A DNA stretch of 64,000 bases from Gammaproteobacteria bacterium (GTDB taxonomy: Bacteria > Pseudomonadota > Gammaproteobacteria > GCA-001735895). The position numbers and the translations under genes were made by a program. This document shows positions 37,240 to 49,133 of the stretch, piece after piece. The DNA lies in assembly GCA_050298595.1 (NCBI GenBank), contig JBNKUM010000048.1, forward strand, positions 63,843-127,842, written 5' to 3'. The notes beneath the pieces were generated by a model, which searched no databases, was not told where the DNA came from, and was given only the letters and a program-made list of their open reading frames with translations. Each line of letters starts with the position of its first letter. The stretch's first letter is position 1.

Positions 37240-37908
37240 ATGCAATTCAATTCAACTATCACTCGCTCTGAAGAGTCGGTTTTACAAACCAATAAGGTCA
37301 TACGTAATACATATATCTTATTATCTATGACCTTGATATTTAGCGCCTTGATGGCAGCAGTATCAACCATGCTAGTCATGCCCCCTATCACAAATCTGAT
37401 TACCTTTGGAGCGGCTTTACTGCTGTTATGGCTCGTGCTTCCACGTTTCGCAAACTCTACAGCGGGCGTAGGTATTGTTTTTCTAATTACTGGTCTATTA
37501 GGTTTTGGACTGGGACCAATGCTCAATATGTATCTTCAATTAGCCAATGGCGCCACATTGATTATGACCGCCTTGGGTGGAACCGGTGTGATCTTCTTAA
37601 CCTTATCTGGATACGCTTTAACTACTCGCAAGGATTTTAGTTTTATGGGCGGTTTTTTGATGGTAGGCATGGTTGTTGCCATAGTTGCAATAATTGCCAA
37701 CATCTTCCTGAATATCCCCGCTCTTTCACTAGCAATTTCAGCCGCGGTGATTATGATCATGAGTGGCTTTATTCTGTTTGATACCAGTAGAATCATTCAC
37801 GGTGGTGAAACAAATTACGTGAATGCTACTATAAGTTTATACCTTAGTATTTTGAATATTTTTATACATTTACTTAATTTACTACGCGCTTTTTCTGGTG
37901 ATGATTGA
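37240..37908 (+). CDS. yccA: Bax inhibitor-1/YccA family membrane protein
   Basis: NKVIRNTYILLSMTL, RKDFSFMGGFL, IIHGGETNY; next to tRNA-Ser(UGA). Confidence 0.93.
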   Translation: MQFNSTITRSEESVLQTNKVIRNTYILLSMTLIFSALMAAVSTMLVMPPITNLITFGAALLLLWLVLPRFANSTAGVGIVFLITGLLGFGLGPMLNMYLQLANGATLIMTALGGTGVIFLTLSGYALTTRKDFSFMGGFLMVGMVVAIVAIIANIFLNIPALSLAISAAVIMIMSGFILFDTSRIIHGGETNYVNATISLYLSILNIFIHLLNLLRAFSGDD

Positions 37909-37933
37909 TCTAATAAACTAATTCTTTTTATTC

Positions 37934-37963
37934 AAAGCCGCTTTATTTATAAGCGGCTTTTTT
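37934..37963 (+). terminator. Intrinsic terminator after yccA
   Basis: aaagccgctt..aagcggctttttt. Confidence 0.75.
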
Positions 37964-37977
37964 ATAAGGCAAACATA

Positions 37978-38160
37978 ATGGACTGGTCTAAAATAACTTA
38001 TGCTTTATTGATGTTGGCAATGCTGATCATCATCTTTCCTAGCGTTAAACGAGCAACAGCAAACGCGCCAAAAGCGACTAAGGACGACTGGATGGGTTTT
38101 ATTAAACCCATGGCTTTTGTTGTCATATTCATTATTGTACTGATCATGCTAGTACGCTAA
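37978..38160 (+). CDS. Small two-TM hypothetical protein
   Basis: Two hydrophobic helices around APKATKDDW; AAGG RBS. Confidence 0.7.
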   Translation: MDWSKITYALLMLAMLIIIFPSVKRATANAPKATKDDWMGFIKPMAFVVIFIIVLIMLVR

Positions 38161-38222
38161 TAAGTCAATCACCGGCATCATAATGAGGATTACAGCGGAC
38201 GTAAGTTAACCGGTGATGAAGG

Positions 38223-39740
38223 CTAAGGTGCTATTTTTTCTTTAACTTCTTCGGTTTGTAACTTGGTCTCGGCCAGTTTATTAACTTCCGTATCACCAGT
38301 CTGAGGTATTGCCGCACTGCGTCCAGAGGGGTTAGCAAAACTATCATTTAGCTTTTGCACAAATAGCCCTGAGTTTTCGGTAACTGTGCGAATTTTACGC
38401 GCAGCTCTTCTACCCCATCCTGCGGGAATTGTATGAAAAATACTGCGCCAAAGGCGTGTATTTTTTTCAAATGCAGTTACCAGATTACCGGGCATTTCCG
38501 AACGAGGAAGTTGTGCTGATATTCTACCCGCCCAGAATTTTCGGCTAAACAAATGCAGCCCATAAAAAATGCCAAACGTGAGGCCAATCAACAGCAGACC
38601 GGTCAATGGACTAGTTTGATATGATTCTCTCATACTGGATAAACTGAAGCTCTGCCAGGCATTTTGACCATTTACAATGTATGCAAATAGCGCTATTAGA
38701 ATTAAATAAAGCACAGAATCCGTAATCAGTACTCGGTTTGTCCAGCGTCTCATTGCTGACTTCAGGGCGGGTACTGCTTTAGATTCAATATCGTTTGCCG
38801 TTTTTTCAAGCGCCCCGATGATGCGATACGCGCGCTCTGTTTCAACTTGATGCATACGATCATATATTGCATTTACATCTGCATCTTTTTTTGTTTTAAA
38901 ACGTGTCTGGAGCTTCTCATTGTTGATACTAATCGCCGACTCTTCATCATAAATCATATAAAACTTACCCGCAGTCAAACCACTCTGGGATAAAGCTCGC
39001 TGCCAGGCACCGACTACCTCTTCTGGGTTATCCTCCTTCGCGGCTGTATCAATCTGATTCAGAATATAGAGAAATTTACTGGAGTCAGTACGTTGAATCG
39101 TCCGGGAAACCAGATGCTCCAGGGTATCTTTCATCGCTCCCGGTTCGGGGTGACGGGCATCGAAGAATACCAGTACAAGATCCGATATATCGATGATGTG
39201 ATCGGTAATTCTCAATGTTGAATTACGCTGAGCATCCGCATCAAACCCGGGAGAATCAATTAAGATCTTGCCTTTTATCGATTGTGTTGGGCTAGTTTTC
39301 AATTGCAGATAAGCATTTACCCTGGCACCTTCACCAGCAGCAACCTTATCGATCTCTTCGCTGATATTAAAAAATGGGAATCTGGGATCGGCATCTAATG
39401 CGAGGCCTGGCAATACTCTACTGGTGTTATCATTGGTGTAACAGATAACAGTAAACTTATCGTCCACAGCCTGATTACCTGAGGTTTGTAATTTAGCCCC
39501 AAGAAATGAATTGATAAATGTAGATTTGCCAGCAGAAAAAGTACCCAGAACCGAGATTAGCGGCCACCAGGGTATCTGCGTAGCATAAGATTCATCCCGG
39601 GAAATCAAACCCATTCTATAAGCGATATTGTCCAGTTCTTTAAAGCTTTTCACTGCATCGATCAGAATTGGGTTTTCCTGTTCGAGGTGCTTTTCGAGGT
39701 TTTTCAGGCGTTTCTCTATTGCCTTTCTTTGATAAAACAT
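38223..39740 (-). CDS. EHD/dynamin-like P-loop NTPase with C-terminal TM hairpin
   Basis: GTFSAGKS (G1), DSPG (G3), NQID (G4); two TM helices near the C-terminus. Confidence 0.85.
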   Translation of the reverse strand: MFYQRKAIEKRLKNLEKHLEQENPILIDAVKSFKELDNIAYRMGLISRDESYATQIPWWPLISVLGTFSAGKSTFINSFLGAKLQTSGNQAVDDKFTVICYTNDNTSRVLPGLALDADPRFPFFNISEEIDKVAAGEGARVNAYLQLKTSPTQSIKGKILIDSPGFDADAQRNSTLRITDHIIDISDLVLVFFDARHPEPGAMKDTLEHLVSRTIQRTDSSKFLYILNQIDTAAKEDNPEEVVGAWQRALSQSGLTAGKFYMIYDEESAISINNEKLQTRFKTKKDADVNAIYDRMHQVETERAYRIIGALEKTANDIESKAVPALKSAMRRWTNRVLITDSVLYLILIALFAYIVNGQNAWQSFSLSSMRESYQTSPLTGLLLIGLTFGIFYGLHLFSRKFWAGRISAQLPRSEMPGNLVTAFEKNTRLWRSIFHTIPAGWGRRAARKIRTVTENSGLFVQKLNDSFANPSGRSAAIPQTGDTEVNKLAETKLQTEEVKEKIAP

Positions 39741-39768
39741 ATCCTACTTGTAGATTACTCAGAGTGTG

Positions 39769-40212
39769 TTAGGGCATGAATTTGCTCATGACATTCATGG
39801 GTCGAGCGACATCACGAATATTACGCTGCATATAATAGGTAGATGCCGCCATTGAGTTGGTATTGTAGGTCATGGAAGCAATATTTTGAGTCATGGCTTT
39901 AATGTTGCCATCCATATGGCCAATATTATTGCCCATTTTAACCATGGTATGATCCATCGTACGAACGGTATTAGTAAGTTCATTCATATTGCGGTCTACA
40001 GAAATGGTTAAGGTTGTAATTGTCAGACTCAAGTTGTGAACGTCACGAGAAAGGGTATACACAAGATAAAATCCATACACCGCCAGCACAATAAATGCTA
40101 CCAGAGAGGGATACACAATCAGCTCCCAGCGCTTGGCACTATTTTCGAATGTATCGGCTAGACGCTCCATACACTCGGTATCAAGGTTTATCCTGGATTC
40201 TGGTTCACTCAT
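39769..40212 (-). CDS. Single-TM protein with Met-heptad coiled coil
   Basis: KRWELIVYPSLVAFIVLAVYGFYLVY TM followed by seven heptads each starting with Met. Confidence 0.8.
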   Translation of the reverse strand: MSEPESRINLDTECMERLADTFENSAKRWELIVYPSLVAFIVLAVYGFYLVYTLSRDVHNLSLTITTLTISVDRNMNELTNTVRTMDHTMVKMGNNIGHMDGNIKAMTQNIASMTYNTNSMAASTYYMQRNIRDVARPMNVMSKFMP

Positions 40213-40395
40213 ATAATAACCCGCTTCGGTTTCCTGAAAATGTGAAATTTCTTACATACGCACATTATGTTTATTATAAGCCGTTTTCATCAATATAGCG
40301 ATTTTAAATATGCTTATTATAATTTTAATGATTCTGTTTACTTCAAAATTAAGCGCTAACAATTTAAAAACTAGCGCATTTATTAATCGCATAAT

Positions 40396-41001
40396 TTATC
40401 GTTGCGTAAGACTTCGCTTTAGCTTATCTCCCAGCCCCCTGTTCATTGCATTCAGTGGAGGTAACAACTGCGCAGCTGCATCTTTCTGTCCCTGATGAAG
40501 TAGTAATTGAGCTGTGCGAAAATATAATTCAGAGGCGTTATTATAATCATTTATGGCATAATAAATGTTACCCAGCTCTCCTGAATAATCAGGGTTATTC
40601 GGTTCACGGTTAATCAACTGCCGATATTGGGTAATGGCGGTTCTATAGTCTCGCGCCCAAAACGCCTGTCGAGCATCATATAAAAGGTCGTCTTTAGAAA
40701 ATTCGGCCTGCTTTATAGTAGGAATAACTTTTACAGGTGCAGGCTGATTGGCTGATGAAATTATTTGATCAGGTTCTTCGAGTGGCTGTGTGATTTCATT
40801 AGATTTTGCTGGTTCAACCTTCTGTTGCTCCTGTTGATTAAGCTTTAAGGACTTGACAACCTCCGTAGGCGGATCGAGATTGAGTAGTTGTTGGTAGGCC
40901 TGTTCAAGCTGAAGCTCATCACGATACAGGTATCCAAAAACCAGTAAACCGACCAGAAATATTGAAAAGCTATGGATTAGAATCCAGCGTCCAAAAGTCA
41001 T
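40396..41001 (-). CDS. Membrane-anchored TPR protein
   Basis: N-terminal TM; ARQAFW..AITQY..PNNPDYSGELGNIYY TPR. Confidence 0.8.
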   Translation of the reverse strand: MTFGRWILIHSFSIFLVGLLVFGYLYRDELQLEQAYQQLLNLDPPTEVVKSLKLNQQEQQKVEPAKSNEITQPLEEPDQIISSANQPAPVKVIPTIKQAEFSKDDLLYDARQAFWARDYRTAITQYRQLINREPNNPDYSGELGNIYYAINDYNNASELYFRTAQLLLHQGQKDAAAQLLPPLNAMNRGLGDKLKRSLTQR

Positions 41002-41007
41002 ATGCGT

Positions 41008-41646
41008 CTAACCGGCATCTGGTGGGTACAGCAGACTGGCAAGATTCAGTATCTCTTTAGAGGCTTTACTGCCTGGCTGTAACTCAAATACTGCCAAACC
41101 TTCACTAAATGACCGTCTATAGGCTGTACGTTGATATAAGCGCAGATTTACCCGCTCTATACCCTTAAGGTAGTTTAGTGCTTCTTCTGCTTCATCGGTT
41201 TCCTTTACGCCCACATGAGTATCTGCACGATTGATAAAACCATATAGAGGTGGCATTTTTTTAGCACCACCTGCATTTTCTCGGATTATTTTTATAAATC
41301 GCTGAGTCGACCAGATATCCGCCTGACTGGGTGGAACGGGAGTGATCACTCTATCAGCCAGTATCAGGGCTTTTTTCATTGATTCGAAGTCGGCAGTACC
41401 TACGTCAACTATCACCTCTGATTTCTTATTCTTCCAGGCCTTGAGGGCTGAGATATCATCGAATACTTCAAGGTCCGGGCTATAGCCCTCTTCTTCTCGA
41501 ATATCGACAACGTCTGACAGCGTTTTCTGCGGATCCAGGTCAAATAAGGTAACGGCACCCTGATGAATTTTTAACCAGACGGCCAGATTAAAGGCAACGG
41601 TGCTTTTGCCTGTACCCCCTTTTAAATTTCCAATGACTGTTATCAT
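41008..41646 (-). CDS. Orphan ParA/MinD-family ATPase (short type)
   Basis: KGGTGKST deviant Walker A, DLDPQ, IVDVG, EGLAVFE. Confidence 0.9.
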   Translation of the reverse strand: MITVIGNLKGGTGKSTVAFNLAVWLKIHQGAVTLFDLDPQKTLSDVVDIREEEGYSPDLEVFDDISALKAWKNKKSEVIVDVGTADFESMKKALILADRVITPVPPSQADIWSTQRFIKIIRENAGGAKKMPPLYGFINRADTHVGVKETDEAEEALNYLKGIERVNLRLYQRTAYRRSFSEGLAVFELQPGSKASKEILNLASLLYPPDAG

Positions 41647-41655
41647 AATTTTTAG

Positions 41656-42414
41656 CTATTTGTTTTTGCTGGATGGGCTAGTTTGATTGTTTGACGTTTT
41701 TTTCTCGTAGCCTAAAGGCATAGTAAATAGATTCTCAGGAAGGTTTTCAACTACTATATGTTTTAGCTCCTGAATATTGCCATTCGGAAATGACTGACGA
41801 ATACTGACCCTTAACTCCTTGTCATACCATTGAAAACTTTTCTGAGTTTCACCGTTGGGTAGCTTGATTGTCTGCATCCATTTTTCGGTATCTCTGTTTT
41901 CCAGTTTTTCACTACCCAGCCAGATTAACTCAATAGTCGCACCATTGGACAGGGATTGCTTCACAGGGATCTTCAACTCCGAATCCAGCCACAGGTTAGT
42001 AACCACCTGTTTATCTTTTTCGCTAGTGGTAATCTTCCACTGAATAGCTTTTCGATTGTTTAGCTGCTGCTCCCCCAGGTTTTCACACTTAACAGATGGA
42101 CTTTCTACACAGGGTAAGGTAATCGCATTTTCTATGCCTATATTAACCTGTTCCATTGTTTTGTTCTGATAACACAGCTGTTGCTCGGTGAAACACATTA
42201 AGTTGATTTGTTTATTAGCATCCAGAATTTGTATTACCGGTTCTCCGTAATAGTAAAACTCCTTACGCATGCGACCCGGAGCATAGTAAAGCTGAGTACT
42301 AATATCCGCTCTACCAGGTGTTGACATAACAGCACTTGCTGTAAATTGCACTGCCTTTGCTGATGAGGAATATGCAATGCTAGCAAGAAGGAGAAATGAT
42401 ATTAAACGCATCAT
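41656..42414 (-). CDS. Secreted LolA/DUF4412-like protein with internal duplication
   Basis: Signal peptide; FTASAV, RMRKE; duplicated LGE..LNNRKA..W..WLDSEL / LGSEKLENRDT..W..WYDKEL; FTMPLGY. Confidence 0.7.
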   Translation of the reverse strand: MMRLISFLLLASIAYSSSAKAVQFTASAVMSTPGRADISTQLYYAPGRMRKEFYYYGEPVIQILDANKQINLMCFTEQQLCYQNKTMEQVNIGIENAITLPCVESPSVKCENLGEQQLNNRKAIQWKITTSEKDKQVVTNLWLDSELKIPVKQSLSNGATIELIWLGSEKLENRDTEKWMQTIKLPNGETQKSFQWYDKELRVSIRQSFPNGNIQELKHIVVENLPENLFTMPLGYEKKTSNNQTSPSSKNK

Positions 42415-42416
42415 TT

Positions 42417-43034
42417 TCAGAACATACCAAATGGCATAAATGGGAATGAACCATCATCTTTTCCCAGACCAGGCATCAATCCATTCATATTAGGAAAACC
42501 TGCAGCTGAAGGTGGCCTGCCCATGTTTTGATCTAATGGCGTGGAAAATGGAGGATAAAAACTACTGCTCCCATAATCATCTCCATAAAAACCGTACGCT
42601 GGATCTCTCATTGCAGCCCCTGGCAGGGGTTTATTCTGATAGCCATTAGGCGCTAAAGAAGGCAGATTACTGATATCCCATGGATTCTCAAACCTTTGCT
42701 CATAGCCGGAAGGCGCTCTATTACGTGCTCTCCTTGCAGGTTGGTCCAGCCAGGGATTGGGATGAGCACGCAGCTGTCCGTATTGGGGGAAATTATAATC
42801 ATCCTGTACAAACTGTGGCGGTGGGGGCTGGATGTATGAATTCGCTGGTGCTGGCGGCGGCTCAGCTTGCCTCTGTGGCTGCGGAACAGGGTTAAGGTTA
42901 TTAATCCTGCCAGTAATAGTGCCCGGAGCTGTCATTAAAAAGGAGTTATTTTTATCCCTATTTTCAACATTAGCATCAGCAAATATTGTGCTCATAAACA
43001 TCAGTAAAACAGTAGCAAGGGTAATCTTTTTCAT
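42417..43034 (-). CDS. Secreted Pro/Gly/Asn/aromatic-rich low-complexity protein
   Basis: Signal peptide; NPW repeated twice; ends FPFMPFGMF; tightly packed in the operon. Confidence 0.75.
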   Translation of the reverse strand: MKKITLATVLLMFMSTIFADANVENRDKNNSFLMTAPGTITGRINNLNPVPQPQRQAEPPPAPANSYIQPPPPQFVQDDYNFPQYGQLRAHPNPWLDQPARRARNRAPSGYEQRFENPWDISNLPSLAPNGYQNKPLPGAAMRDPAYGFYGDDYGSSSFYPPFSTPLDQNMGRPPSAAGFPNMNGLMPGLGKDDGSFPFMPFGMF

Positions 43035-43038
43035 GGCT

Positions 43039-43650
43039 TTATCTGTCTGAAAAAAATGGGTTTTTCGGCATTACATTCCAGGGAGATGGCATCCCATTAA
43101 ACGGTGAATTAGCCCCATTATACTGATAGGGTGCACCATACGAATAGGGGTTTTGCTGTGGGTACCCATAACCCGGAACTTGTTGCCATACATTCTGATT
43201 ATAATTCGGTGCCGCTCCCTGATAGCCATACCATGCAGAGCTCGGAGATGGCTGTCTACTTTGCTGCGGTAATTGCCATTGCGTATAACCATCAGGCATA
43301 GACTGACTGCCCTGAGGATTCATAACCGGATACTGTTGCTGTCGATTCATCGGTGCATCAATACTCGCCGCTGAATTTTGTGAGGGGGGTTCATCTATCT
43401 GAATATCAGGCTGATTTACAAACTCTGATCGAGTATGGCTATCATCCAGTAGCATTTCTGGAGATGGGAACTTATACACCTGTTGCTGAGTATCGCCGCC
43501 CTCAGCTGAATTGTTAATCACAATCGATGATTGATAAGGCCCGCTTGGAGGGGGAACATAATCCCTGCCCTCGACCGCTACATTGATGACAGACAGTAAA
43601 ACAGCGGTTGTTATTACTGTTATCTGTTTTAAGTCAGCACCCATAGCCAC
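43039..43650 (-). CDS. Secreted Pro/Gln/Tyr/Gly-rich low-complexity protein
   Basis: Signal peptide; YVPPPSGPYQS, YKFP, GYGYPQQNPYSYGAPYQY; ends MPSPWNVMPKNPFF; GGAG RBS. Confidence 0.75.
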   Translation of the reverse strand: MAMGADLKQITVITTAVLLSVINVAVEGRDYVPPPSGPYQSSIVINNSAEGGDTQQQVYKFPSPEMLLDDSHTRSEFVNQPDIQIDEPPSQNSAASIDAPMNRQQQYPVMNPQGSQSMPDGYTQWQLPQQSRQPSPSSAWYGYQGAAPNYNQNVWQQVPGYGYPQQNPYSYGAPYQYNGANSPFNGMPSPWNVMPKNPFFSDR

Positions 43651-43655
43651 TCCAA

Positions 43656-45533
<1,878 letters not shown>

Positions 45534-45733
45534 GGTCAATTCTCCGTTATTATTTGACGACACCACAACCCCCTATCCGGTAGACTTGGCAACTGGATCA
45601 GATCACGGTGGTAAGTTTTGTTTACGCTTCTAAGTTCTCCCAAACAGCCAATTTCGTTCACTGCGAAAAAAATAAATTTTTTTTACAGTTCGATTAAACC
45701 TTTTTGCCACTTGTGGGAAACTCACTTATATAA

Positions 45734-46246
45734 ATGGGGATACCTATGCTCACAGACTTTGAACTTCTCCAGCGTATTACAGCGGCCGATCAGGCCGCCC
45801 TGCGCGAACTTTATGACCGCTACTTCAATCGCCTCTCGCGCTTCCTGTTGCGGATGACGGGGGATACCGAAACAGTGGCGGAACTGATCAACGATGTTTT
45901 CCTGGTCGTTTGGCAAAGTGCCGGGCGCTTTCGCGGCGATTCCACCGTTTCAACCTGGATTCTGGGAGTGGCCTACCGCAAAGCCCTCAAGGCATTGAAA
46001 GCAAAACGCACAACGGTACCCCTGGATGAAGAAGATTTACACATGACTGAGACTGAATCAGCCGCTGAGGATATCGCGGCGGTCATCGATAAGCTGTCCC
46101 CGATACACAAGTCGGTAATGGAGCTGACTTACTATTTCGGCTACACCTATAAAGAGATAGCGGAGATTTGCGGCAGTCCGGAAAACACGATTAAAACGCG
46201 CATGTTTCACGCACGGCGCCATCTAAAGTCCATCATAGAGGCATGA
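45734..46246 (+). CDS. ECF sigma factor
   Basis: ELINDVFLVVW, FRGDSTVSTWILGVAYR, YKEIAEI..PENTIKTRMFHAR. Confidence 0.93.
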   Translation: MGIPMLTDFELLQRITAADQAALRELYDRYFNRLSRFLLRMTGDTETVAELINDVFLVVWQSAGRFRGDSTVSTWILGVAYRKALKALKAKRTTVPLDEEDLHMTETESAAEDIAAVIDKLSPIHKSVMELTYYFGYTYKEIAEICGSPENTIKTRMFHARRHLKSIIEA

Positions 46247-46968
46247 CCATGGATAACCATCAAAAAATCAGAGAGCTTATTCCCTGGTATGTGAATGGAA
46301 CTCTGAGCGAACTCGAACTGGATGCAATGAATGTTCACATACAAACCTGCGCCGAATGCCGCCGGGAAATTGAATGCGAAATCCGCTTGGCGCCGTTTTT
46401 CCGGGTTCAGCCGCAACAACTTGAGCAGTTGGAAAACAGGCGCGAAGAAATTTCGGATCAACTCTTTCGCAATATAGACGCGAGTATCGCCAAATCCCAG
46501 CCCCCGATGCGGGAACCGGTAGTAGAACCGGTAGTAGAACCGGTAGTGGAGCCGGTCGTGGTATCGCTGAAAAACAGGGCCCAATCACCCGACCACAAAG
46601 CCAGCCGGCAGCACAAGACAGCGTTAAAGCCACAGAATAAATGGATCTGGGCGTTGGTGGCGGCGACAGTCTTCGGGGTAGGCGTGCCGTCTTTTTTACT
46701 GGGACGCTATACCCAGGAAGCGCCCTATGTCGCTTTGACCACACCCTCTTCGTATTCCGGCGGCGTCGTACAGGTGGTTTTCGACGCTGATGTCAGCGAT
46801 GCGGAAATCGCTCGCGTGATCGCTGAAAGTCAAGCACACGCATTGAGCCAACCGAGCCCGAACAGGGTATACAGGCTGGCGCCGGCGCCGGGAACGGATG
46901 CGGAAGAATTAAGTCGCCAACTGCGCCGCACCCCCGCCATCCAATGGGTTGGGGTGGAGCAGCAGTGA
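46243..46968 (+). CDS. zf-HC2 anti-sigma factor
   Basis: ELIPWYVNGTL..HIQTCAEC, one TM, periplasmic domain; ATGA coupling to the sigma gene. Confidence 0.88.
   Translation: MTMDNHQKIRELIPWYVNGTLSELELDAMNVHIQTCAECRREIECEIRLAPFFRVQPQQLEQLENRREEISDQLFRNIDASIAKSQPPMREPVVEPVVEPVVEPVVVSLKNRAQSPDHKASRQHKTALKPQNKWIWALVAATVFGVGVPSFLLGRYTQEAPYVALTTPSSYSGGVVQVVFDADVSDAEIARVIAESQAHALSQPSPNRVYRLAPAPGTDAEELSRQLRRTPAIQWVGVEQQ
46513..46560 (+). repeat. 12-bp tandem repeat x4 (EPVV)
   Basis: gaaccggtagta repeats. Confidence 0.9.
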
Positions 46969-48227
46969 AAGAGAAGTGGCTTGAATATTTTACCGCCGTT
47001 TTGCTCTTGTTGTGTTTGTGCGGATGCCAAACGAATCCATCACCGCAGCAAGCGCGTGCTGAGGCACCCACCGCCACTGCGGCCGCGCCGGCGGAGACAC
47101 AGCTGGACCGGCAACTGCTGGTAACCTTTCGCCAACAGGATCACGCCGATGCTCTGCCTTTTGGCCCCCGCCGAGCCTATCGCGGCCGGGGCCTCTGGTC
47201 GGCGTCCCTGCATGTTCGTGCCCACATTGACGAGGTGGCTGAAAAATACGGCCTGGAGCAAATGGATGGCTGGCCCATCGCCTCGCTGAATCTATACTGT
47301 GTCGTATTCAACTTACCGGTGGAACGCGATATGTCGCAGCTGATTGCAAAGCTGAACGAGGACACGCATGTCAGTTTCGCCCAACCCATGTATCAATTTC
47401 AAGGCATGTTGATGCAGAAATACGACGACCCGCTGTTCGATGTTCAATACGGTCAATACAAGACATTGGTGGAACAGTTGCATACCCTGACCCGGGGTGA
47501 AAATGTTCGAATCGGTGTTGTCGACAGCGTGGTTGATATTGAACACCCGGATTTAAAGGGACAAATAGATAACATCTACGACTTTATCAACACCGCAAAC
47601 GAAAAGACCGTCAACAAGGTGCACGGCACCGCGATTGCGGGCGTTATTGCCGCTACGGCAAATAACAGCGAAGGGATGGTGGGGCTCGCGCCCGGTGCAA
47701 ATCTGTCTATCTATGGCGCCTGCCAGGAAGTGGACAGCCAGACAAGATGCACATCCTTTTCGCTGGCAAAGGCCATAGAACAGGCTATCGAAGACCGGGT
47801 CAATATACTTAACCTCAGCCTCGCCGGTCCCTACGACCCCCTGCTCAAAGCCTTACTGGATAAGGCTCTAGAGCAGTCAATGATTGTCATCGCCGCGGAA
47901 AATATAAACAATACAACAATGAATTTTCCAGCCTCACTGGAAAATGTTTACGCTGTGGGCAGTGTCGATACCGAAGCCTTCTGGTTCTCACGCAACGAGC
48001 AGCTAAGCACCCAGGCCGGTGGCGGTTACCGGTTTTTTCAAGGCTCGTCGATAGCCACAGCCGGTGTGACGGGCGTAGCCGCGCTGATCTATTCCCTCGA
48101 ACCGACAGTCGCGTCCGTCAATGATGTGTTAACCAAGCTGGTAAACGGGAAATGCATCACCTTCCCACGCCCCTCCGAGAGGGTGTTGGTAAAAAATCTA
48201 CAGGAAAACAACTGTGGCGCACACTAG
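46965..48227 (+). CDS. S8 subtilisin-like lipoprotein protease
   Basis: GTG start overlapping the upstream TGA, LCGC lipobox, VVDS, HGTAIAG, NLSLAGP, GSSIATAGVTG. Confidence 0.88.
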   Translation: MKEKWLEYFTAVLLLLCLCGCQTNPSPQQARAEAPTATAAAPAETQLDRQLLVTFRQQDHADALPFGPRRAYRGRGLWSASLHVRAHIDEVAEKYGLEQMDGWPIASLNLYCVVFNLPVERDMSQLIAKLNEDTHVSFAQPMYQFQGMLMQKYDDPLFDVQYGQYKTLVEQLHTLTRGENVRIGVVDSVVDIEHPDLKGQIDNIYDFINTANEKTVNKVHGTAIAGVIAATANNSEGMVGLAPGANLSIYGACQEVDSQTRCTSFSLAKAIEQAIEDRVNILNLSLAGPYDPLLKALLDKALEQSMIVIAAENINNTTMNFPASLENVYAVGSVDTEAFWFSRNEQLSTQAGGGYRFFQGSSIATAGVTGVAALIYSLEPTVASVNDVLTKLVNGKCITFPRPSERVLVKNLQENNCGAH

Positions 48228-48281
48228 GAATAGATAATTTGTATAATGGCCCTCGAATAAACTTTTTCGAGTAGCCAATTC

Positions 48282-49067
48282 ATGAGCCGGACAGTATTCA
48301 GACAGAATCCCCTCGCCGCCGCCTGCACAGCCTTCTGCCTCCTGTCCGCCAGCACTACAGTGAGTGCGGAAATCAGCGCCTATCTCAGCCTGGGAACCGA
48401 CAGCCCCTATCGAGGCCTGTGGCAAACCCTGAGCGGCGGCTATGCCCAGGGAGGGCTCGAGTATCAGTTTACATCGGGCTTCTACACGGGCGTGTGGGCT
48501 GGCCGCACCGACTACGATTACAGCAGCGCACGAAACGGCAATCAACGCGGTGACTGTGGGGCGCTTTATTCCTTTTCCTGCGGTGCACCAAACCCCATAA
48601 ATACGGACACGGAAAGTAATTATTTTATCGGCTATCAGCGCCAACTTTCGCAGCGATTCAGCTCCGATATCACCCTCACCCGCCACGCTTATTACGGCTC
48701 ATCAGGTGCAAACTCGTTCGATTGGAATGAAATTTCGGCAAGTTTGAATTTCGATGGCCGCTGGCTGCTTTCCGGCGGAGCCTCAAACCGCTGGCCCGAT
48801 GTCAATCGAAGCTTCGGCTACCTGGAACTCGGCTATCTACATCCCCTCCCCTGGGAAATCAGTTTGGATGCGACCCTGGGCCAGCAATATCTTGAAAACA
48901 TTATCGGCCAAAACCTCACCTACACCGAAATCGGTTTCAGCAAAGCGGTTAAATCCCTGTCCCTGCGGCTAGGCTACAGCGCAACGGACAGAAAAACCAA
49001 GCGCATTTTCGGCAGCCGAGCCGGCGACAAATGGTTCGCTTCAATCACCTGGATCTGGGGTACCTGA
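48282..49067 (+). CDS. TorF/TIGR02001-like outer-membrane beta-barrel
   Basis: Signal peptide, TDSPYRGLWQT, QGGLEY..GFYTGVW, aromatic terminal strand. Confidence 0.8.
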   Translation: MSRTVFRQNPLAAACTAFCLLSASTTVSAEISAYLSLGTDSPYRGLWQTLSGGYAQGGLEYQFTSGFYTGVWAGRTDYDYSSARNGNQRGDCGALYSFSCGAPNPINTDTESNYFIGYQRQLSQRFSSDITLTRHAYYGSSGANSFDWNEISASLNFDGRWLLSGGASNRWPDVNRSFGYLELGYLHPLPWEISLDATLGQQYLENIIGQNLTYTEIGFSKAVKSLSLRLGYSATDRKTKRIFGSRAGDKWFASITWIWGT

Positions 49068-49133
49068 CCAGAGTCGAGGCGCAACGTTGAGGATCTACAG
49101 CCGCCGGCGCTATAGCATTTCAAGCCTCCGGCG

